A stretch of 64,000 nt of DNA from positions 73,803 to 137,802 of the forward strand of contig CAZNZC010000003.1 in assembly GCA_964577425.1 (NCBI GenBank). The letters are read 5' to 3'. Made by a program: the position numbers and the translations under genes. Shown piece after piece: positions 6,829 through 13,682 of this stretch; position 1 is the first letter of the stretch, and the number at the start of each line of letters is the position of its first letter. Origin of the DNA: an uncultured Phycisphaeraceae bacterium (GTDB lineage: Bacteria > Planctomycetota > Phycisphaerae > Phycisphaerales > UBA1924). Below the pieces are notes generated by a model that worked only from the letters and a program-made list of their open reading frames with translations, made no database searches and was not told where the DNA came from.

Positions 6829-7469
6829 GCCGCTTCCTCGGGCAGGCGTTCGACCAGCTCCGCGGCCTCGGCCATCGCCCTGTTGCACAACCGATCGAGA
6901 CGCGCGCGGAAGATGCTCGACGCCAGCACGCACGGGATGGCCAGCAGCAGCCCGAGCAGCGTGTGGAACAGCGCCTTGGAGATGCCCAGCGACAGGTCGG
7001 TCGGCCCCGCGCTGCCCCCCGTCTCGCCGAGCGTGACGAACGCCAGGATCATCCCCCACACCGTGCCCGCCAGCCCGACGAGCGGCCCCAGTTCGCCGAT
7101 CGTCCGCAGGATGTCCACCGGCCGCGTCCACCGCCCGCAGGCGTTGGACGCGGCGATCTCCGCCGCCTCGCGCATCGCCGCACGCCCCTTGTCCCGCGCC
7201 CGCCACGCCGCCCGCACGGCCGAGGCCACGATCCCGTCGTCCGTCCCCAGCACCTTCTCGATGCGGCCCGGCTCGTTGTCGAGTTGGTCGCGGATCTTCC
7301 GCCCCGGCGCCTCCGGCGCGACCACCCCCGCCCTGGTCTCCATCGCCAGCCGGGCGATCAGCGTTACGGCCACGAACGACCCGAGCACCAGCGTGATGGT
7401 GAACAGGTCGAAGCTCTCGCGGAAGAGCCAGAGAACGCCGCCGGTGGACTGCTGTGCGAGGGTTGGCAT
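6825..7469 (-). CDS. exbB: MotA/TolQ/ExbB proton-channel protein
   Basis: 214 aa with three TM segments and the conserved C-terminal half: GPLVGLAGTVWGMILAF...ISKALFHTLLGLLLAIP. Confidence 0.85.
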   Translation of the reverse strand: MPTLAQQSTGGVLWLFRESFDLFTITLVLGSFVAVTLIARLAMETRAGVVAPEAPGRKIRDQLDNEPGRIEKVLGTDDGIVASAVRAAWRARDKGRAAMREAAEIAASNACGRWTRPVDILRTIGELGPLVGLAGTVWGMILAFVTLGETGGSAGPTDLSLGISKALFHTLLGLLLAIPCVLASSIFRARLDRLCNRAMAEAAELVERLPEEAA

Positions 7470-7480
7470 GGGGGAGTTTA

Positions 7481-7516
7481 GGAAGAGACGGAGAGACGAG
7501 AGACGCAGAGACGAAG
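7481..7516. repeat. GAGACG-type short tandem repeat
   Basis: GGAAGAGACGGAGAGACGAGAGACGCAGAGACGAAG. A related copy, GGAAGAGACGGAGAGACGA, is at 48964-48982. Confidence 0.7.
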
Positions 7517-7538
7517 TTCGGGGAGAGGCGGAATGCGG

Positions 7539-8174
7539 TCACTCCTCGTCCAGATCCCGCTCCTCCATCGGCCGGGTGATCGTGTATTTCTCGCTGATCC
7601 ACCCGTGCAGGTCCGCCATCCGCGCCCGCTCGTCCGCGAACGGCCAGGTCGGGCTGTCCCCCGGCACCGCCCTCCCGGTGATCGGGCACACCGTATCCGG
7701 CGGCATCTCCAGCCCGGGAAAGCCCGCCCGCCCCTCCCAAGCCTCGGGCACCTCGATCGTGAACAACCGGGCGTGCTCATTGATCGGCTCGATCCGGACC
7801 CGTGCGGCCGATCCAGGCAAAGCCTTCTCAACCCGCTCCGCCCACTCGATCAGGATGATGGTCTCCCCATCCGTGATCTGGTCCCACCCCAGCGCATCGA
7901 GATCGTCCTCACCGGTCAGCCGGTAGCAGTCGAGGTGGGCGATCGGAGCGCCCTCCGCCGGTGCGTAAATGTTCATCAACACATAAGTCGGGCTGGACAC
8001 CGCGTCGGGATGGACCCCCCGCGCCTGGGCGATGGCCCGCACCAGCGTGGTCTTGCCCGCCCCCATCTCGCCCTCCAGCCGCACGATATCCCCCGCCCGC
8101 AGCACCGCCGCAATGTCCGCGGCCAGCCGGGCCGTGGATTCCAGACTGTGGCAAGGCCGGGCAAGAGTCAGCAT
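7539..8174 (-). CDS. tsaE: tRNA t6A37 biosynthesis ATPase TsaE with a C-terminal YacG-like extension
   Basis: The ATG at 8174 is preferred over the TTG at 8180. TsaE P-loop LEGEMGAGKTTLVRAI and SPTY..HLDCYRL are present. The last ~54 aa (7539..7703) align to the YacG pattern. Confidence 0.85.
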   Translation of the reverse strand: MLTLARPCHSLESTARLAADIAAVLRAGDIVRLEGEMGAGKTTLVRAIAQARGVHPDAVSSPTYVLMNIYAPAEGAPIAHLDCYRLTGEDDLDALGWDQITDGETIILIEWAERVEKALPGSAARVRIEPINEHARLFTIEVPEAWEGRAGFPGLEMPPDTVCPITGRAVPGDSPTWPFADERARMADLHGWISEKYTITRPMEERDLDEE

Positions 8175-8207
8175 GAACAAGGATAGAGCGGGTCTTCCTC
8201 ACGGAGC

Positions 8208-8246
8208 GGGGGGCATCCTGCCCCCCGTTCGGGCGCAGCCCGAAGC
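8208..8246. repeat. Two adjacent hairpin modules
   Basis: GGGGGGCATCCTGCCCCCC and GTTCGGGCGCAGCCCGAAGC. Both are inverted copies of modules seen at 1515-1534 and 1495-1514. Confidence 0.8.
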
Positions 8247-8249
8247 CAC

Positions 8250-9626
8250 TTACGGAGGAGATTGGGATCTTGTCCCCTCATAAAGATCAAAGCTCAACAA
8301 CCGACACTCGATGCTGCCGTTGAGAAACGCCCGCCGCCGCCCGGGCTTCAGCCCGATCCGCTTGGCCAGATGCGGACTCCCTGTGAACACATGCCCGGTC
8401 CACCCCGCGCACTCCCGCTTGAAGAAGTCCCCGATGGCGGCATAGGTCGCTTCCAGTTCGGCCGCATCGCCCATCCGCTCGCCGTACTCGGGATTCAGGA
8501 TGATGTGCCCCGTAGGTCGGCACTCCGTGCCGACTCTTTCTTTCTCCGACACGGAGTGCCGCTCTCCAACAGTCGGCACGGAGTGCCGACCTACCGGCAG
8601 CGGTGTCTTTCGAAAATCACACTCAACAAACCGGATCAGATGCTCCACCCCCGCGGCCTGAGCGTTCTTCCTCGCGGCATGAATCGCCCCCGGATCGTGG
8701 TCGCTGGCGACAATGGTAGGTCGGCACTCCGTGCCGACTCCTCTTGGTACATCGGCACTCCGTGCCGATTCTTCTCCCGATTGTCGCTCCGATTGCCGCT
8801 GCTTCGAAGATGTCGGCACGGAGTGCCGACCTACCCTGCGGCGAACGCCCTGCCACAACTCCCCCACATCCCAGTTTGTTTTCGTGATCGCATAGTCCGA
8901 CCGCAGCAACCCCGGCGCCCGCCCTGCCGCGATCAACGCCGCCTCGATCGCCAGCGTCCCCGCCCCGCACATCGGATTCACCAGCGGCGTGGTTCCATCA
9001 AATCCCGCCGCCAGCAGCACCGCCGCCGCCAGCGTCTCCCGCATCGGCGCCGCATGGGGCAGATGCCGATACCCCCGGTTGGACAAAGACTGCGCATTGA
9101 TATTCAAAAACACCGCGGCCCGGTCATCCTTCCAATACAGACTCAGCACCACCCCCCGCCGCTCCGGCCCGGCGTCGGGCCGAGCGCCGGTCTTCCTGAC
9201 CATCCGATCGCAGATCGCGTCCTTGACGACCAGGGCCGGATACATCTGGTTGTCGATCGTGGGCGTGTCGGAGGACGCCCGGATGGTGATGTAGCCGCCT
9301 TGGGAGGGGATGAGATCCTCCCACGGATACGCCGCGATCTCTTTGTAGAGCGCCTTGGGCGACGGGCAGCGGAAGCGGGCCAACTGCCACATGACATGGG
9401 TGGCGGTGCGCAGCCGCAGGGCCAGCTCCATCGCCTGCTCCAGCGTGGCCCCGACCTGGAGGTAGGTCGGGTGCTCCTCCTGGAACTCGGTCCCTTCCCG
9501 CCCCCAGCCGAACGCTTCCAACTCGGCCCGGAGAATGGGCGCGGTATGCGGAGCGCAGGTGATGCGGGTGGACGAGCGTTTGGTGGGGGGAGGGGGCACG
9601 GGTAGGGAAGGATAGGGATCGGCCAT
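8250..9626 (-). CDS. THUMP-domain class I SAM-dependent RNA methyltransferase (RlmL/RlmK N-domain-like, COG0116)
   Basis: 458 aa with an N-terminal THUMP-like region, SAM-binding PMCGAGTLAIEAAL and motif IV NPEYGERMG. The ATG at 9626 overlaps the upstream stop (TGATG). The CDS carries two in-frame repeat inserts. Confidence 0.8.
   Translation of the reverse strand: MADPYPSLPVPPPPTKRSSTRITCAPHTAPILRAELEAFGWGREGTEFQEEHPTYLQVGATLEQAMELALRLRTATHVMWQLARFRCPSPKALYKEIAAYPWEDLIPSQGGYITIRASSDTPTIDNQMYPALVVKDAICDRMVRKTGARPDAGPERRGVVLSLYWKDDRAAVFLNINAQSLSNRGYRHLPHAAPMRETLAAAVLLAAGFDGTTPLVNPMCGAGTLAIEAALIAAGRAPGLLRSDYAITKTNWDVGELWQGVRRRVGRHSVPTSSKQRQSERQSGEESARSADVPRGVGTECRPTIVASDHDPGAIHAARKNAQAAGVEHLIRFVECDFRKTPLPVGRHSVPTVGERHSVSEKERVGTECRPTGHIILNPEYGERMGDAAELEATYAAIGDFFKRECAGWTGHVFTGSPHLAKRIGLKPGRRRAFLNGSIECRLLSFDLYEGTRSQSPP
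8512..8595. repeat. REPIN-like inverted doublet of REP-A inside the methyltransferase CDS
   Basis: GTAGGTCGGCACTCCGTGCCGACTCT (8512-8537) faces GTCGGCACGGAGTGCCGACCTACC (8572-8595), with a degenerate copy between them. Encoded peptide: VGRHSVPTVGERHSVSEKERVGTECRPT. Confidence 0.9.
8713..8834. repeat. Second REPIN-like REP-A cluster inside the methyltransferase CDS
   Basis: REP-A (+) at 8713-8737, a variant at 8748-8769 and REP-A (-) at 8810-8834. Encoded peptide: GRHSVPTSSKQRQSERQSGEESARSADVPRGVGTECRPT. Confidence 0.9.
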
Positions 9627-10354
9627 CAGGATGGGGGGGGCAATCGGGAATGGGGTGCCGCCAGAACTCCCGAAGTTGGCGGCGGGGTGGCGGTGATGTA
9701 GTCCAGGCAGGCCCGGATTTGAAGGCGGGCGGCGATTTCGGTCATGGGGAGGCGGTCGAGGTGTTCGGACACCACGCGGATGTAGATCTCAAGCATGGCT
9801 TGCTCGTTGAGTACATGAAGAAGATAGCCGATGCCGCAGAGATGGCGGGGAAGTGTCGGCACTGGTCGCGTGTGGTAGGTCTTGCCATTCTGTTTCCAAG
9901 TTTGGCGGGGTATGCACCGGCCGATGACGGCGAGCATGCCTTCGTGGGTCCGCTTCGGTTCGATCTCGGCCTTCCAGAACCGGGCCGCGAGATCAGCGAT
10001 TTCGCGGGCGGCGTGGAGACAGGATGCCTCGTCCGTGAGCGGCCAGGCCTGCATGCAATCTGGGTACGGGCAGATGATGCGTCCGTCGAACGGGCAGGAG
10101 GAAGCACAGTACTGGTCGTCCCAAGAGGCTTCAAACAGAAACTGATCAAGATAAAGGGACCGCACAGCGATTTCGACATAGCGGAGCGTGAGATCGGCCG
10201 TCGAGTAGCGGTTTCCCCGCAGGCGGAGGTAGGCGAGGGAGATGTTATCTTCGACGACGAGATGCCCGTACTTTGGTTTCAGAAGCACGCCGCGGGCGAC
10301 CATCTCCTCATGGAGTCGGGCCATCAGGAGTTTGACGCGGTCCTTGGGGAGCAT
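9626..10354 (-). CDS. Hypothetical protein
   Basis: 242 aa from the ATG at 10354 (MLPKDRVKLL...). The track ORF extends to 10489, but that part is repeat-module sequence. I recognised no family. GC is moderately lower (74 of 120 by hand at 9841-9960). The stop overlaps the methyltransferase start. Confidence 0.5.
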   Translation of the reverse strand: MLPKDRVKLLMARLHEEMVARGVLLKPKYGHLVVEDNISLAYLRLRGNRYSTADLTLRYVEIAVRSLYLDQFLFEASWDDQYCASSCPFDGRIICPYPDCMQAWPLTDEASCLHAAREIADLAARFWKAEIEPKRTHEGMLAVIGRCIPRQTWKQNGKTYHTRPVPTLPRHLCGIGYLLHVLNEQAMLEIYIRVVSEHLDRLPMTEIAARLQIRACLDYITATPPPTSGVLAAPHSRLPPPS

Positions 10355-10399
10355 GGGCGGATTATTGGGCGACCCCGGTTCATACGGATCGCCCCTGAA

Positions 10400-10768
10400 T
10401 CTCGGGAGTGGCCAGACCGACAAGCCGCGCCCGCAAGGAAGCGGCCGAACTCGCGCGGGGGGCGGGAGAGCCGGGGTAGCCCGCCTCACCGAACTTGCCC
10501 CACGACGAGCCCGGAGCGTCAGCGACGGGGTCTTCTACAAGCCCCGAGCTTGAGCGAGGGGGAGGGAGGGGAGGAAGGGAGGGATCGAGGACTCATCATG
10601 GGCATGGCCTGAACGACAAGCCGCGACCGCAAGGGAGCGGCCGAGTGACGCACGCGATCGTTTCGCCCGGCAAACGACAGCGAGCCGGAAAACCCGCTCC
10701 CTTTCGACGAATGTTTGGTGGGGGGAGGAGTGGGTACGGAAGGGAAGGATAGGATCGGCCATCAGGGA
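10400..10768. repeat. Mosaic repeat spacer (modules D, G, purine-rich, F, D, and a duplicated start-codon segment)
   Basis: D-type module CGACAAGCCGCG.C.GCAAGG.AGCGGCCG at 10418-10447 and 10614-10644. The 45-nt module at 10505-10549 matches 33356-33400 with one mismatch. The F-like GAGGACTCATC module is at about 10578-10606. 10706-10767 duplicates the 5' end of the methyltransferase gene. Confidence 0.85.
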
Positions 10769-11542
10769 TCAGGGCCGCATCGCCCGGCTCACCGTCCTCG
10801 GGCTGACGCGGCGGCCTTGGTTGTCAAGAAACAGCCTTTGATTCGGGAACAGCCATTGAAGCCCGACATCGATATCGATGCCGTCCATCAGGCGTTCATA
10901 GATCAGGTTGTAGACCGTGCGTCGGGTCACGCGGGTGTAGGGGCCGACAAAGTGGTCGCCACCGTCATACCTGGGCTCGACCACCACGCGGCCCGTGGCG
11001 TCGATGTAGCCCGAGCGAAGCCGGTCTGCGTACGGGCCGGTGCCGCGTTCCGTGCGGACATGGGCCATGCCGTTGACGAACGGCTCGACATAGGGATACA
11101 CCGCCTCAAATGCCAGCGATCCATCGGCGCGAATGTAGCCGCGCGTGCCATCGGCGTGGCCGGTGAAGGCGAACCCCTCGGTGAACTCCTTCTGGGCGGT
11201 GCGATAGACGGCGGGGAGGACGATCTCGCCGACGCTGTTCTTGTAGCCCTGCATGTGTGAGGTGAAGCCGTGGGTGGTGCGGAACGGCTGGGATTCGTCG
11301 AAGAAATGGATCAGGTCAATGGGATCAGCGACCGGGCGGGTTGGGATGCCGGTCGCGTGGGCGTGGCCGAGGTAGCGGCCCCACACGCGGTCATGGGCGG
11401 CGTTGCTCAGGTGAATGGAGGCGACATGGATCGCGTAGAGGCTGGGGAGGAAGGCGACCCCCAGGACCACCCAGATCCAGCGACGGCGAGGTTTGGGGGT
11501 GGGTGCGGGCATTGGGGAGAATAGGGATCGGGGATCAGCCAT
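10769..11542 (-). CDS. WG-repeat-containing protein with an N-terminal membrane anchor
   Basis: 257 aa from the ATG at 11542. Has an N-terminal TM segment (WIWVVLGVAFLPSLYAI) and repeated motifs of the WG/KWG type: GYIRADGSLAFEAVYPY and GYIDATGRVVVEPRYDG. Confidence 0.65.
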   Translation of the reverse strand: MADPRSLFSPMPAPTPKPRRRWIWVVLGVAFLPSLYAIHVASIHLSNAAHDRVWGRYLGHAHATGIPTRPVADPIDLIHFFDESQPFRTTHGFTSHMQGYKNSVGEIVLPAVYRTAQKEFTEGFAFTGHADGTRGYIRADGSLAFEAVYPYVEPFVNGMAHVRTERGTGPYADRLRSGYIDATGRVVVEPRYDGGDHFVGPYTRVTRRTVYNLIYERLMDGIDIDVGLQWLFPNQRLFLDNQGRRVSPRTVSRAMRP

Positions 11543-11667
11543 CAAGATAAGCCAGTTGCAACGGTCGTACGAGATGTCATTCTGGATGATGGCGTACTCC
11601 GCTATCGAACAGGTCTCGGAGGCATTGTGGGCCTTGGTGGAGGTAGCGGTGGAGGCGGCGGTGGGGT

Positions 11668-11685
11668 AAAAAGGGGAGGCCCCTT
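11668..11685 (-). terminator. Candidate intrinsic terminator of the top6A / TM-ORF operon
   Basis: On the minus strand: AAGGGG-CCT-CCCCTT followed by TTT. It overlaps the TAA stop at 11684-11686. The stem is short (6 bp). Confidence 0.45.
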
Positions 11686-12319
11686 AGGTGTAATTGGGGT
11701 TCTGGGGCTCGGTCGAGCGGGCGGCGGCGGCGGAGGGTTCTGGAGTGGAGGCCATTCTGCTAACATTTAGGCTGCTCCCGTGGATGGTTACTGCGGAGGA
11801 TCTTGCAAGCGCGCTTAGGACAATCAGTACGATCCCGAGAATGAACGCAAAAAAACAAATAGAATTTAATTTGCTTGTCAATGTATCATGCTGTGGGAGC
11901 ATCGATTCGGACATTCGGCGATGCTCAACATCGAAAGCTCTCGGGAACTCCTGCCAGATACTATCTGTTTGTAACGAAAATTCTTTAGATTTGTTATAGG
12001 CGAGCGCCTTGGAAAGGAGCGCTACTATGATTGCTGTCGCAAAGCTTGCCGCGGCCCAGACCGCGATTGGTGATGGCTTGCCCGTACCAAAAACGACTGA
12101 TCCGGTTGCAAAGGCAACCCCTGCGCCCGACAGAGACAAGAGCCATTTATCTAGATTTTCGTATATGTAACGAGTCTGTTGAAAAGCTTGCTGTCGTGCT
12201 TCTAAAAAATACTGGTACTGTCTCTCTAGTACCGCGTAATCCTCATCGTCTACGGATCGGAGTGCTTCGGCCAGCGACTCGCTAGTTTCAGTTTCGTACT
12301 TGACCGGTTCGTCATCCAT
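11684..12319 (-). CDS. Low-GC small membrane protein (3 predicted TM), unknown family
   Basis: 211 aa from the ATG at 12319, which overlaps the top6A stop (TAATG). It has an acidic, helical N-terminal ~60 aa, then the TM segments WLLSLSGAGVAFATGSVVFG, IAVWAAASFATAIIVALL and ICFFAFILGIVLIVLSAL. Hand count at 11761-11880 gives 52 of 120 G+C. Confidence 0.6.
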   Translation of the reverse strand: MDDEPVKYETETSESLAEALRSVDDEDYAVLERQYQYFLEARQQAFQQTRYIYENLDKWLLSLSGAGVAFATGSVVFGTGKPSPIAVWAAASFATAIIVALLSKALAYNKSKEFSLQTDSIWQEFPRAFDVEHRRMSESMLPQHDTLTSKLNSICFFAFILGIVLIVLSALARSSAVTIHGSSLNVSRMASTPEPSAAAARSTEPQNPNYT

Positions 12320-13539
12320 TAATCCAACCAATCCTCAGCCTTCAACCGCGCCGGCACATACTCCTCCGTTACATAGGAGATGTCCTTCGTGATGAGGGAT
12401 TCTACCTCCATCTTGAACCCGTTGTCAAGCATCCGCTTGATCTCCTTCTGCCAGCCCTTGTGGTCCTTGAACCACGGGTAGGCCGCGATCTGCTTCGCCC
12501 GCTGGATGTCGCGGTCGTTCAGGTCGATCTTCACATCGTCGGAGAGTTCGCAGCGGTCGTAGTCCATCGCGCGGATGCCCATGAACTTCGCGTCGGGGAT
12601 GGCCAGGCGTTCGGACTCGAAGGCCAGCGAGATCGAGCCTTGCTTGATGACCGAGTAGATGTAGTGCCCCCACGGGTCGCAGTCGAGCAGGCAGTAGATG
12701 GGCAGGCCGTGCTCCTTGTTCAGCCGGTGGAGCAGGCGGCGGACGCCGCGGGGGGGCTGGCCGGAGCCTTCGGTCAGGATGCAGTTGTGCTTCTCCCAGA
12801 AGCGGTCCTCGTTGAAGCGCTGCCAGACGGTGTCCTTCTCGACATGCAGGACGAAGTCGGCCTGGACATTCTTGAACTGGAGGATGTCCGGCTCGCAGAT
12901 GGACGGGATGCCGTAGCCGCCGGTGCCCATGCGCCGGCAGTTGATCTCGTCGCCGTTGTCGATGACGGTGATGTTGCCGACCATCGTGCCCCGCTTCTTG
13001 GCGAAGACATGGAGTTCTTCACGCAGCGAGCCGAGCGTCACCTCGAGGTCTTCGAGCACCGAGTCGGACTCGGTCTGGTCGTCGAAGGTCTTCTCCTTGG
13101 TGCCCTCGATGGTGTGCAGCCCGGCGTAGAACATGCCGCGGAGGCTGGAGGTCTTGTTCTGCCCGATGAGGTTGATGATCCCGTTGGAGTGGATCAGCGT
13201 CTGCATGAACTTGCGGGCCTGGCCGAGGTTGAACAACTGCCGGGTGTTCGAGGCGTCGCCCATGCGGAGAATGCCGGCCTTCTTGTCCCACTTCGTGTTC
13301 GATGCGGCCCGGGTGGGGACCTCGAAGGCAGGCTCGACATTCGACAACGCCGCCGACACCACGCCCTCCGCCAACTGGTTGATGCGCCCGGCCGTGTGCT
13401 CGTCGCGGGCGGCGCGGTGGGCTGTCTTGGGCCGTGCCGGAGCCTTGGTGCCAATCCCTCCGCCCGTGGCCTTCTTGGAAGCCTTCTTGCCGGAGGAGGG
13501 GGAGGTCTTGGTGGATTTGGTGGTGGTCTTCTTGGCCAT
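12319..13539 (-). CDS. top6A: Type IIB DNA topoisomerase subunit A (Top6A / Spo11 family) with a Lys-rich N-terminal tail
   Basis: 406 aa. Candidate catalytic Tyr in SSLRGMFYAGL (5Y-CAP winged helix), Toprim Glu in DFVLHVEKDTVW, DxD in LLDCDPWGHYIY, and a C-terminal AYPWF..GWQKE..GFKMEVESL. The N-terminus reads MAKKTTTKSTKTSPSSGKKASKKATGGG. Confidence 0.85.
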   Translation of the reverse strand: MAKKTTTKSTKTSPSSGKKASKKATGGGIGTKAPARPKTAHRAARDEHTAGRINQLAEGVVSAALSNVEPAFEVPTRAASNTKWDKKAGILRMGDASNTRQLFNLGQARKFMQTLIHSNGIINLIGQNKTSSLRGMFYAGLHTIEGTKEKTFDDQTESDSVLEDLEVTLGSLREELHVFAKKRGTMVGNITVIDNGDEINCRRMGTGGYGIPSICEPDILQFKNVQADFVLHVEKDTVWQRFNEDRFWEKHNCILTEGSGQPPRGVRRLLHRLNKEHGLPIYCLLDCDPWGHYIYSVIKQGSISLAFESERLAIPDAKFMGIRAMDYDRCELSDDVKIDLNDRDIQRAKQIAAYPWFKDHKGWQKEIKRMLDNGFKMEVESLITKDISYVTEEYVPARLKAEDWLD

Positions 13540-13559
13540 GCGTGGACTTCTTCTCTGTT

Positions 13560-13628
13560 GGTGGCACAGGCATCCCGCCTGTGCAGAAGGGTATCGCGCC
13601 GCGGACGATCGGGGGGCAGGACACCCCC
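13560..13628. repeat. REP-B copy plus a G-rich hairpin module
   Basis: GGTGGCACAGGCATCCCGCCTGTGC (13560-13584) and GGGGGGCAGGACACCCCC (13611-13628), immediately upstream of top6A. Confidence 0.8.
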
Positions 13629-13682
13629 GCCCCCCGCTCCATCCAGGAAGAAGTCAGTCCCCCCCGTGCCGACCTGCCAAAG

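Noticed and set aside
9626-10489. N-terminal 45 codons of the 287-aa track ORF
   Set aside because: That part (RRATPALPPPARVRPLPCGRGLSVW...) is encoded by the D-type repeat module at 10418-10447. The start was moved to the ATG at 10354.
10535-10762. 75-aa ORF starting MADPILPF...
   Set aside because: Its first ~20 codons are a frameshifted duplicate of the methyltransferase 5' end. The rest is translated repeat modules (RSLAVAACRS and similar). It is treated as a repeat or remnant, not a gene.
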